Virus record (IMG/VR): IMGVR_UViG_3300046820_002290
Location: 27,973 to 91,972 of that record
DNA length: 64,000 bases
From: a virus
Reading direction: 5' to 3' (one strand)
Part shown: one piece after another, positions 1-9,700 of the stretch
Layout of the letters: each line of letters starts with the position of its first letter
Numbering within the stretch: position 1 is the stretch's first letter
Program-made: the position numbers and the translations under genes
Notes under the pieces: generated by a model
The model's database searches: none
What the model saw: the letters and a program-made list of their open reading frames with translations, nothing else
Told to the model about the DNA's origin: nothing

Positions 1-2251
1 TGATCAACCGATTTATTTGTCTCTGTCTACCTCTCTGACCCCGGACATTCAGCCGGCTTATGACAGCGACTTGGGGCTTTGGTATTTTCAAACTCCCTCG
101 GACCTTGTCAACACAACGGGTTTGACGGCTTACCTTGCGTGGGCCAACAGTAATGCTACCCAAGCAAATAACTACCAACTTGAAGTTATCCTTCAACCGT
201 GGGTAGACCCTTCGGATTGGAATTCTATCCGCACCCTAGACAATTTCCGAGGGGTTTGGGGGAACAAGGGAGGAGATTTACCCTTTAACTTCGTGTTTGA
301 CGCTTTGAGCATCCACGGTTTCAGCGAGCGTGATTCCGTTTATCTGCCCGACGTAACAACCTCTCTGGATTTCAACGACATCGTTAATTATATTTACTAT
401 CAAAAAACCACGATATCTGAGTTGGCCCCTGGTGCTGCTAAAGTGGGTGACCTGTGGTGGAATGACGTAACGGGTGCTTTATCTGTTTGGCTCCCAAACG
501 AGAGCGGTTGCGAAGGCTGGGTAGAAATTGACTATCGGCAACAGCCTCGCCAGACCCCGGCTCCCCAGGTTGTCTATCCCGATGTTCCCACTTTTCAAGC
601 TAACTCCGGCTCCCTTTCCGTGGGTACTGTGGTTCGGATTAATGATATCACCGGTCTAACTGTTTCTGATAATGTGATTGGGGTTCAGGGGACATTAACT
701 GCCCCCGGCAGTTTGGTGCTTCATAGGGATTCTGCCGCTCCCTACTGGACGCCAGACGAGTTCGGCTATGCCAGTGTAACTAACTTTGAGCAAGATGCGG
801 AGTTGCTTCCTTACAAGGTTCCCGTAACTATTTACGACGCAACGGGACTGGCTCCGTCCGGGTATTCATACACCGTGAACAACCTGAGCATAACTATCGG
901 AGGTGATTACGAGGTGCTTCTAATGAAGTACTACACTAACACCACTTGGGAAATCTACCCGGACTCCCTCCTGAAGTACATTGCTTACTCTGCCCTGTTT
1001 GGTTCCCCCCTGCAAGGAGAAATGTGGTGGGATTTCGCCAACTCAGACCCAAATACCCGTGCGGCGGCAATTTATTACGGGAATGCATGGATTGCTGTAA
1101 ATACTCATCCCCTGAGTGGTCCTCCGTCGCCGGTTCTCAATCTAGGTACCGTCCTTTTCTACTGTGACGGAGTTCTTGTCTCCGTGACCGGGGGAACCGG
1201 AGTCTACATGACAGACGACTATATTTTCACATTAGTTTTTGATGCGGGGGCAGGAAAGTATGACATCACTTACCAGCCACGCACCTTTGTTGGACGAGTG
1301 CAGCTACCTGCCATTACTATTTCCGACTCCCTTACAACTACTTACCGCGCAGACATTACCAACTTGGTATTTAGTGGTCTGACCTACTACATGAGCCCCA
1401 ATGTTTATAACGCAGAGACCCCCCTACGGTTATGGAAAGCCCAAGCCCTTCAGGTTGCTGAAACAGTGGCTCATCTAGAGGAAAACAACTACATTAACCC
1501 TTTGCTCGCGGATCTAAATAATGGCCCTGGTCCCGAAAACTGGGAGAAATACTTTGTGCGCCTACCTCTGGAATACGGCCGTGATGAAGCGGTGTGGCAG
1601 AAAGTTGCTCTAACATGTCAGAATTTTGGCTACTGGGGGTCTAGCGTTGAACCTGAGCAAATGCGGTGTCCTCCTGAGGATGACCTTCCGGCCATTTACG
1701 AAGAGCTCTTCCTCTACGATCAACCGGTGCCAGACTACACTTACGTTTACTCTGAACCCTACCTTTACTCTAACATTGCTTACTTCAATTCCGTAGAAAG
1801 CGGTGAGCTTCAAAACTCCGGCGTCTACCCCTCGACGGACGTTGAGTTCGATGAATTTTCAGAAGCTGAAATCATTGAGTATGAGCCCCTACACAATAGG
1901 CAGGCAGATGTCACATCGCCAGTTAATCGGGGTTACGGCGAATGGTTGGGGGAATACGTAAACGTGAACCCCTGCATTCCTTTGACAGGGTTCTTCGATA
2001 CCGATTTACTCAGTGGTGGCGTTACGCCCATCGCGGCCCCCGTTTGGGATGCTTCTATCTATAAATTTGCTCCCACTTGTGCGAACGCCAAAGAGAGCTA
2101 CGCTGTGGATGCAAACCATTATAAAATTTCTTACAGCTACTTTGTTGCTGACGCTTCTGCTGCGGAAGATCCTTTCTTTGATATTGCCCAAGAAGCCGCT
2201 TGGCGCTATCCGGTCACTCAATCAAAAACCCTGTATCTCACTCCGCGCTAA
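1..2251 (+). CDS. Large virion structural protein (tail/baseplate-associated), 5'-truncated by window edge
   Basis: Frame of ORF 17..2251 is open to the window start. Contains GDLWW/GEMWWD...W modules also seen in fibre-associated proteins here; lies among tail genes. Confidence 0.5.
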   Translation, partial: DQPIYLSLSTSLTPDIQPAYDSDLGLWYFQTPSDLVNTTGLTAYLAWANSNATQANNYQLEVILQPWVDPSDWNSIRTLDNFRGVWGNKGGDLPFNFVFDALSIHGFSERDSVYLPDVTTSLDFNDIVNYIYYQKTTISELAPGAAKVGDLWWNDVTGALSVWLPNESGCEGWVEIDYRQQPRQTPAPQVVYPDVPTFQANSGSLSVGTVVRINDITGLTVSDNVIGVQGTLTAPGSLVLHRDSAAPYWTPDEFGYASVTNFEQDAELLPYKVPVTIYDATGLAPSGYSYTVNNLSITIGGDYEVLLMKYYTNTTWEIYPDSLLKYIAYSALFGSPLQGEMWWDFANSDPNTRAAAIYYGNAWIAVNTHPLSGPPSPVLNLGTVLFYCDGVLVSVTGGTGVYMTDDYIFTLVFDAGAGKYDITYQPRTFVGRVQLPAITISDSLTTTYRADITNLVFSGLTYYMSPNVYNAETPLRLWKAQALQVAETVAHLEENNYINPLLADLNNGPGPENWEKYFVRLPLEYGRDEAVWQKVALTCQNFGYWGSSVEPEQMRCPPEDDLPAIYEELFLYDQPVPDYTYVYSEPYLYSNIAYFNSVESGELQNSGVYPSTDVEFDEFSEAEIIEYEPLHNRQADVTSPVNRGYGEWLGEYVNVNPCIPLTGFFDTDLLSGGVTPIAAPVWDASIYKFAPTCANAKESYAVDANHYKISYSYFVADASAAEDPFFDIAQEAAWRYPVTQSKTLYLTPR

Positions 2252-2252
2252 C

Positions 2253-2260
2253 GGGTAAAA
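2253..2260 (+). promoter_or_regulatory. GGGTAAAA putative late promoter
   Basis: Exact motif, 30 nt before start. Confidence 0.7.
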
Positions 2261-2282
2261 CCCATTAAACGAAACTATCACG

Positions 2283-2585
2283 ATGGCTACTAGGCGGCGC
2301 CCTTCCGGATTCACGGAGCAAGAAAAAGAAGAAGCGGCAAGTATCTCCGAATTTCTTGACGACAGTGTGAACGAAATTCTCGAAACTCTTTCGCGCGAAG
2401 AAGATGTGGACGCCGCCCCCTTTGCCCCCTCGGAGATAATTCCGACTGAAGACGTGGGCCCTCGATTTTTGCAGGAAGTTGTCACTCCCGCAGCTCAAGA
2501 GTCAACTGACACGGTAAGCCCCCTCCTTCAACCGCCGCCAAAACGCCACCCACGCAACATCCCGAAGTTTTCTCGTTATAAGTAA
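2283..2585 (+). CDS. Hypothetical acidic protein
   Basis: 100-aa ORF, ATG 30 nt after GGGTAAAA motif. Confidence 0.6.
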   Translation: MATRRRPSGFTEQEKEEAASISEFLDDSVNEILETLSREEDVDAAPFAPSEIIPTEDVGPRFLQEVVTPAAQESTDTVSPLLQPPPKRHPRNIPKFSRYK

Positions 2586-2587
2586 CT

Positions 2588-3385
2588 ATGCGCCCCCCTA
2601 AACTTCGCTCAACCCCCCTTGTCCAAAGCCTGGCTCTCTTGCAGCAACAAGCGGAAGCGAATATGAAGTTTGCCGGCTTACCTCGGGGCACATTGCGTGG
2701 AACCATTTGCGATGTAGATGATCCGGAGAATAGAGGCCGGGTTTGTGTTATTTTTGATGACATGAACCCAAATATCCCTCAAGTATCCGGAGCGGGTGAA
2801 TGGTCTAAGGAACGGGTAGGCGAAGAACCTGACCGGTCACACTGGTTGGATGTGACTCCCGCTTTCAAGGGTAGGCAGCCAAAAGGTTTGGTAGGAAAAC
2901 GAGTAAATATATCCCCGTCCAACGGCCAATACACTATGGCGTTGGCGGGAGACGTTGTTTACGATCCTCAGATGCTTGCTAATGGGGAAAAGTTAAAAAT
3001 GCCAAACAACTCGTCGATGACGAGATTGCCTATTTACACTTCGGGTGATTTACCTCCTGCGTCTGAAGAGAATCACGGGTGCATGGTTGTAGAAATGAGC
3101 GGGCCTATGGATTCAGATTGGCTGTGCGTTTGCCTGAAACGTCAGGGGTCGTATTATTGGGTTCGCCACATTGACATGGCCCACGGCCACGCAGGTGAAA
3201 ATGACGGTAAGCAAGAGGGAGTTGACACTGGCGGAGACGCCGAACAACCCGTCAATCAACAAGCTGTCTGGGACTTTGTTTTCCCTACCACGGGAGGGGA
3301 AATGCAGAAGTATTCCAAATACGGTACAAACCCTCGACCCAATCCTTTTGGAGGCGAGGCAAAATGGTACGATCCCCCTAAATAA
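2588..3385 (+). CDS. Baseplate central spike protein (gpV/gp5/VgrG-type OB-fold)
   Basis: LRGTICDVDDPENRGRVCV...SHWL resembles the gp5/gpV N-terminal OB motif; distal HGH resembles the HxH metal-binding spike apex. Confidence 0.7.
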   Translation: MRPPKLRSTPLVQSLALLQQQAEANMKFAGLPRGTLRGTICDVDDPENRGRVCVIFDDMNPNIPQVSGAGEWSKERVGEEPDRSHWLDVTPAFKGRQPKGLVGKRVNISPSNGQYTMALAGDVVYDPQMLANGEKLKMPNNSSMTRLPIYTSGDLPPASEENHGCMVVEMSGPMDSDWLCVCLKRQGSYYWVRHIDMAHGHAGENDGKQEGVDTGGDAEQPVNQQAVWDFVFPTTGGEMQKYSKYGTNPRPNPFGGEAKWYDPPK

Positions 3386-3387
3386 CT

Positions 3388-3633
3388 ATGAGTACACCTA
3401 CTTCCTACAGTCTAACCTACCCGGACCCTTGCACACAAGAGATTGGTTGTGGGCAAGGACCTTGTCTAGGTAAAATTTTGTTTAATCCGCGCCCGCAAAA
3501 CTTCTGCGAAGACGTTACCATCCAGAAAGATTTATATGTCGTTCCGGATTACTTATTTGTAGGAGGAGCCCGCTATAAACCAACCACAGTGGTAGCAAAT
3601 AATGGCACCTTTGTAGTACTGGCGCAAGGCTAA
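3388..3633 (+). CDS. Small hypothetical virion protein
   Basis: 81-aa ORF tightly coupled to neighbours (TAATG overlap with next gene). Confidence 0.55.
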   Translation: MSTPTSYSLTYPDPCTQEIGCGQGPCLGKILFNPRPQNFCEDVTIQKDLYVVPDYLFVGGARYKPTTVVANNGTFVVLAQG

Positions 3634-4454
3634 TGGCAATCCGTCGTCCCTCAATCTCATCGCCTGATTGGCTCTTTCAGGATTTCCTCTACCAAGAGGC
3701 TTCGGGTCTTGGGGGGTCCGAATTGCGCTATGTGCAAATCAAGTGGGACGGTGAGCCCTATACCCGTATATCTCAGTCCTTTGACTACAGCGACCCGCCG
3801 TATGTAGGCTCCGAGCAACGCGGTGGTAGCATTGTGGGTCAGATTGATTACGAAGTCAATGCCTCTACGCGCCTTGTCACCATTTACTCCTGGGCGGTCA
3901 ACTGGCGAGATGAGTGGCCATTGCGTCTCGGCGTTAACTATTTGGGGCAGTGTCTATATCCGGCCTCTAAGGGTTTTCAGGTCCGAGTTGCTGGTAATGA
4001 GGTTTATACGTCTGCTGGCGAAGCTCTAGAAAAACCAAATCAGTTTCCCTACGCATTCTGGGTATCGGAGCAATACGACCCCCTAACTAACCGACCCGAT
4101 GATTATTTATTGCGGTTTGGTAGAGCTCTAACAACTCAAGAAAACCCGGTCCCTATCGTCTATGGTTTTGACTCCTTTGTCCAGGTAACGGTCCCAGACA
4201 CCTACATTCTGGTAACCGTAACTTCTGCGGGGGTCAACCTTCAAACTCCTCTCTACTGGAAGGTAACCGGGGATATTACTCCCGCACTTTTAGTGAGTGG
4301 CTTCACCGAAGGTGTCCTCCTGGTGAATAGTAGCCAGGAGTTTTTGAAGCTTTCGCTCGTTCGGCCGGTCCCCACTGGTCCGACCGGAGCCATTGAGTTT
4401 TATGCTGATGCACAGTATACGACCCTTCTCGGAACGACGACAGTAACCCTGTAA
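3633..4454 (+). CDS. Hypothetical virion protein
   Basis: 273-aa ORF in structural operon. Confidence 0.6.
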   Translation: MAIRRPSISSPDWLFQDFLYQEASGLGGSELRYVQIKWDGEPYTRISQSFDYSDPPYVGSEQRGGSIVGQIDYEVNASTRLVTIYSWAVNWRDEWPLRLGVNYLGQCLYPASKGFQVRVAGNEVYTSAGEALEKPNQFPYAFWVSEQYDPLTNRPDDYLLRFGRALTTQENPVPIVYGFDSFVQVTVPDTYILVTVTSAGVNLQTPLYWKVTGDITPALLVSGFTEGVLLVNSSQEFLKLSLVRPVPTGPTGAIEFYADAQYTTLLGTTTVTL

Positions 4455-4456
4455 CC

Positions 4457-4464
4457 GGGTAAAA
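4457..4464 (+). promoter_or_regulatory. GGGTAAAA putative late promoter
   Basis: Exact motif, 33 nt before start. Confidence 0.7.
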
Positions 4465-4489
4465 ACTGTTATCGTAAGAGCGTAGCGCG

Positions 4490-5572
4490 GTGGCGATCCC
4501 CCAAATTAAAGAGATTACGGTACCCAGCACCTCCACAGTGATGCTGTGGTTTGACGGCCCCCTAGACAGCAAAGTTCCGGTGCCGGTAGGGTGCTTTACG
4601 GTTAACTACGGCAACTACGGAGTTACTACCGTAAACTACGCCTCTGACACAATGATTACCCTGGAGCTGGACTCGTTCCTGTCCCCGTGGGACGAAGTTT
4701 TTGTCTCCTACGAACCGCCCTTAGACCTCAAGCAATGTCTGCGAGGACCGGTTCCCCCCACCGCCAACGATGTTGTCGTCAAGAGGAATGCGGTCCGAGC
4801 TTTTTATCGTGTTCCCGCACGAAACCAACTTGCGCCTGACGAGAAGACGGACGGAAGTCAGGTTCAGGCTAACTTGGGTCAGACTATTGGCGGATTTGGT
4901 TTCCCATACCAAAACCGCTCCGGCGTAATGACCGAGCACAAGTCGGACCCCAAGTCCGCTAGCCCGGATGACTTTATTGTAGCTTATGGCCTGAAGGAGG
5001 CGATTCAACTTACGAACATTGATGACGCAGCTGCTACCACGGTAAATGTGGCCAAGCTCCGGATGGCAATCCAGGACGCTAACTCGCTGATTGATAGCTA
5101 CATTGAGCAAAGTGGCAAAGCGGGAATGGTTCTCATTACCAGCAACCGTCGCCGCACCGCACTCATTATTGCTCGTTACTATCTTGACACGGTTCGTCGC
5201 CGTGAGGATGTAAAGCAAGATTACGAAACTGCGTTGAAGCAACTTGCCGCCGAAATGCAGATGACTGCTATTCGGGCAGGTAATGGCGATAGTGCGATTG
5301 ATACTCCTGCGGGCATTATGCGCTCGTGGCGTATCCCACAGCGTTACAATATGGTGTCCGGCAAAGGTTTGTCCGGCTTCGTTACCGATACTGCGGGGGA
5401 CCAAGCACCTGACTACAGGATAGGATATGGTGCCATCGGGCAAAATGACGACCAGCCCAACTGGCTGAACGGTTCCAACTACGAAGAGCTCACCGGAGGT
5501 ACTCCCCTAATCGCCGAACCAACTGATGCAGGCGGCTTACAGATCGATGGCAACCAGGGCTGGGGTCCGTGA
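4490..5572 (+). CDS. Mu gp36-like (DUF1320) head-tail adaptor with N-terminal SwmB-like Ig domain
   Basis: DDFIVAYGLKEAIQLTN...AIQDANSLIDSYI...IIARYYL...DYETALKQL fits the Mu gp36 family; N-term VMLWFDGPLD..VP..FTV...ITLEL...VFVSYEPP resembles SwmB repeats. Confidence 0.7.
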   Translation: MAIPQIKEITVPSTSTVMLWFDGPLDSKVPVPVGCFTVNYGNYGVTTVNYASDTMITLELDSFLSPWDEVFVSYEPPLDLKQCLRGPVPPTANDVVVKRNAVRAFYRVPARNQLAPDEKTDGSQVQANLGQTIGGFGFPYQNRSGVMTEHKSDPKSASPDDFIVAYGLKEAIQLTNIDDAAATTVNVAKLRMAIQDANSLIDSYIEQSGKAGMVLITSNRRRTALIIARYYLDTVRRREDVKQDYETALKQLAAEMQMTAIRAGNGDSAIDTPAGIMRSWRIPQRYNMVSGKGLSGFVTDTAGDQAPDYRIGYGAIGQNDDQPNWLNGSNYEELTGGTPLIAEPTDAGGLQIDGNQGWGP

Positions 5573-5599
5573 TTTACCTGAGTGTTTGATTGCTATATT
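5573..5599 (+). promoter_or_regulatory. Putative sigma70/early-type promoter
   Basis: TTTACC-N15-TATATT with TGn extension. Confidence 0.45.
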
Positions 5600-5608
5600 A
5601 AAAACAAA

Positions 5609-6235
5609 ATGTTTCACACAGTATATTTATCTTTTGAGGACGGTAAAGTAGGGCGCGATTACATCGGTAAGCACAGCAGTGAGGACCCGTACGATGATTA
5701 CCTGGGGTCTTATAGAGACAAGTCCTTTGATCCGTCAGGGAAGATTATACTAGAATACGCCAAGACGGAGGAGGGTGCAGTAGAAGCGGAGGTCCGTTGG
5801 CAACAAGTTTTTAGAGTGGCGGAAGACCCTCAGTTTGCGAATCAATCTTATCAAACTAATAAGAAGTTCGTGTTAGACACTCGGGGAGAAAAACATCCAC
5901 TATTCGGTGCAAAGAGACCTGACACACGGGAGCGGAACCTTCGGGATAACCCTTCAAAAAAGCCCGAGGCAGCAGCAAAAATCGCCGAAGCTGCCCGCAG
6001 GAGGAAGGGCAAGGATTCAGAGGAAACTCGACGAAAGAAAGGGAAAAGTATAGCTAACCGGGTGAGCGAAAATCCAAACTACCAGTCAGAGTGCGGGTCT
6101 ATAGCGGCTTCTTTGAGATTTTACGATCCTGATCACCCTGAGTTAGGTGCTCAGAATGCGGGTAACTTGGTGCAGATGCAGAAACGCAGGGGATATCCAC
6201 ACGGCCCAGAAAACAGGAAGGCGGTAACCGGGTAA
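5609..6235 (+). mobile_element. Free-standing GIY-YIG (Seg-like) homing endonuclease
   Basis: MFHTVY...DYIGKHS..DPYDDYLGS catalytic domain plus basic C-terminal DNA-binding region; its TAA lies inside the GGGTAAAA motif. Confidence 0.8.
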
Positions 6236-6237
6236 AA
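6230..6237 (+). promoter_or_regulatory. GGGTAAAA putative late promoter
   Basis: Exact motif containing upstream stop, 33 nt before start. Confidence 0.7.
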
Positions 6238-6262
6238 CTAGGGTGATCAACGCCTTAATGTA

Positions 6263-6733
6263 ATGGCTGCGTCTTTCCCCCCGAATCCATCGGTGGGACA
6301 ACTATATACCAGCAATGGTAGGACTTGGAAGTGGACAGGAACCCAATGGACTGCGCAAGCAGTCACCACACCAACCTCTGCACCGGTGTATGTAAGTGTC
6401 TCCCCACCACCCAACCCTATCCAAGGCTCGCTTTGGTACGACAGCAATAACTCTTATCTCAACATCTGGTATACCGACCTCAACGGCGGCGCTTGGATCT
6501 CAGTGACCCCATTCCCTGAGGACACCATCGATCAGAACGGTGGCGTCTTCCAGGGACCCATCTACGCGCAATACGAAATCCCCAACAACCCTTCCGCCTT
6601 CATCACAGTAGGCTATTTCCAAAACCAGCTTGTGGCCTACCTTACCCAGGAAGGCTATATGAGGGCTGGCAACGGCATTCAACTTGACACCAACGGTCAA
6701 ATCCTCTCCATCGACTCCGGACTTCTCGTTTAA
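6263..6733 (+). CDS. Small fibre-associated structural protein
   Basis: FPPNPSVGQLY...WKWTGTQW and GSLWYDS...W modules; similar N-terminus in 46660 and 53946. Confidence 0.6.
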   Translation: MAASFPPNPSVGQLYTSNGRTWKWTGTQWTAQAVTTPTSAPVYVSVSPPPNPIQGSLWYDSNNSYLNIWYTDLNGGAWISVTPFPEDTIDQNGGVFQGPIYAQYEIPNNPSAFITVGYFQNQLVAYLTQEGYMRAGNGIQLDTNGQILSIDSGLLV

Positions 6734-6737
6734 TACC

Positions 6738-9700
6738 ATGGCACTTACCGTTCAAAACCTCCGCGCAGTTGGCACTGGTGTCGAGCCTGCGTCTCTCCTC
6801 CCCGGTCAGATTGCTTTCAACATTACCGACAAGGTCCTGTATGTTGGCGATGGTTCCAGCTTCAAGACCTCTTTCGACGGCACTCAGGTGGCCGGCGTTC
6901 CCGGCGAAGGCTGGTATGCAATGCCGATGGACTTTGCCTCCCTCGGTGACTATTATGTTGCTAACCCTGGCTACTGGGGCGACGTTCCTACCGACCAGCA
7001 AGTTTTAACCTGGAGCACCGCTCTCAATCACCCCATCTGGATCACTGGAACAGGTGGTGGCGGAAGCCAAGTTTATGTGGTGAGCAATGCGAATGTTGCG
7101 GCTGCGTCCGGCGCAACAACTAGCGACAAGATTTCAGCAGCTATTGGCGTTGCTTCTCCCGATGAGGGCAATGTCACCATCGTCACCGGTCTGCCCGACG
7201 ATGTTTACGAAGGACTTTACTTCTTTACCACTGAGTGGGTGAAGGGAGCTGCATACGCTTATCCGAGTGCCTCCGAAGTCATCTACGACAACACCGCACA
7301 CCCGACTCTGACTGCGACCGTACAGGGCGCCATCGACGACCTGGATGACGGACTGATTGCAACAACCGCAATCGCGAATACTGCAAACAGCACTGCAACT
7401 TCGGCTCTGGCTATCGCCTCCGCCGCACTGCCGAAAGCAGGCGGTACGATGACCGGAACCATCGTCGCCCAGAACATTAACGTTCAAACGAGTTACGGGG
7501 TTCAGTTTAACTCAGGAGTTAACGGAACCATTACCGGAATCAACGACTCGATCAATGCAACTTCTTCCACAATCGCTGCTTCTGGAACCGCAGTAAAAAC
7601 CGCTTACGACATTGGCGCCGCCGCTCTTGCTCGCTCTGGCGGGACGATGACCGGTGCCATCACGTTTGTCGCTGGTCAGACTTTCCCGATTTCCGGCATC
7701 CAGATTGCTTCCACCTCCCAGCTCGGCGTGGTGCAAATCGGCACTAACATCAATGTAACCGGTGGCGGCACCATTAGCGTTAACTCCGCCAGCACCTCCA
7801 CTCCTGGTATCGTTCAGCTTAACGATACTCTCTCAAGCTCTTCCGTAACAGAAGCCCTCACCGCTCGCGCTGGCGCTGACCTTCAAACCCAAATCACTTC
7901 TCTTTCCGTTGCCTCGAACATTGACCTCGGTGGTTCTCTGGATTGCACGGTTAGCCCTGGCGGCACGATCGACTCCGTTACCGCCGCCGGCACTGCGGCT
8001 GGCCTGTTCGTAGGAAACCCACTTCCTGCACCAGGGCCAGGAAACGTTGATGTCTATGTGATTGTTACCACGGGTTCTCTCTCCTTCAGTCCCACCGGGG
8101 GCGGTGGCCCTTACGCTCCCGAAAACGGCGACTGGTTCCTTTCCAATGGTACGCAATGGCAATACCTTGGCGTTGGAGCTCGCCCCTCTTATGCCTCGAC
8201 TTCTACCGCTGGCATCATTCAGCTCGGTTTCCCTGCGGACACACAGGCGGGCGTAAATAACACTCTTGCTGTTACACCTTTTACTCTACAGAGTAAAGTA
8301 TCCGACAGCACGAGTACCACAAGCTCAACCACGATTGCTTCCAGCACCGCTGTCAAGGCTGCTTACGATTTGGCAAACGCCGCTCTGCCGAAGGCAGGTG
8401 GAACGATGACCGGGGATATCACCCTGTCTGGAGCTGGGGTTGGCATCGTATTCAATGACGCCTCCACAGTTGAAGCCATTAGCGACAGCGTTGCGACCAC
8501 ATCCAGCGTAACTGCCGCTTCTAGCACAGCTGTCAAGGCTGCCTACGATTTAGCCACCACCGCAAACACAACAGCAAACGCCGCTCTACCTAAAGCAGGT
8601 GGTACCATGACAGGTGCCATCACATTTGTTGCAGGGCAAACCTTCCCGGTCTCTGGCATCCAGGATGCAACGACCGTTCAAAAAGGCGTTGTGCAAATTG
8701 GAACCAACATTGATGTTTCCTCTGGAACCATTAGCGTCAAGAGTGCCTCCACAACGCAGGCTGGCATCGTTCAACTCAACAATACAAACTCATCTACGTC
8801 AACTACACAGGCGCTTACTGCCAACCAAGGTAAGTTGCTTCAGGATCAAATCAACGCTCTTTCTACTTCCAACAACCTGACCTTTGCTGGCACAATCGAC
8901 GGTTCCACTGGCTTGATGCTCACGGTGACAACCGAGGGTGCCTCCGTTGGATTCACCGTTGGGGCGGTTCTTCCCTCGCCTTCGGCAACAATCAACGAGT
9001 ACTTTGTGATCGCCAGCGTGGCAGGCACAATGACTCCTCCTGGTGGTGTTTCCACTCAGGTTTATGTCGGTGACTGGTGGTTGGCCTCCTCGACCACTTG
9101 GACTTATATCGCCGCTGGTTTCCAGCCGCCCTACGCATCCACTACTACTCCGGGTCTGGTTCGCCTTTCCACAAACGCTGAGACGCAAACTGGAACTGAC
9201 GCTACCGAGGCCGTCACCCCTGCTTCACTCCAGAGCAAGGTTTCCGACTCCACCTCAACAACCTCCAGCACGACCATCGCGTCCAGCACCGCTGTTAAGA
9301 GTGCTTATGACTTGGCAAATGCTGCGGTGCCCAAGTCCATCTACTCGGCCCTCGGCGTCATCGCTTCCGGGACAGGCGCCGGAACTGTTGGTGGTCTAGC
9401 CCTGGGCACCACCGGTCAGTTCCTTGCTGCCAACACAGCTTGCGGTGGCGGTATTGAGTGGTGCACACTGTCACTCGCCTGCATTCCTTGCTCTGCTTTC
9501 ACAGCTGCTGGTCAACTCCTGGCTGGCACCGGGTCCAGCGCCTTTACTGCTCTCAACGTTGGCTCAAACGGTCAGTTCTTGACTGTGGATAGCACTTGCA
9601 CAGGGGGAATCAAGTGGGTAACTGCCAATGGCGCTAACATCTGCGGGTTCACCTGCGCACTCACGCCTTTCAACACTGTCATCGGTGCAACCGCTGGTGC

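Noticed and set aside
5573-6262. Group I introns or inteins housing the endonucleases
   Set aside because: Flanking genes appear complete, flanks are too short for an intron core, and TerL, ThyX and PhoH show no intein-sized insertions.
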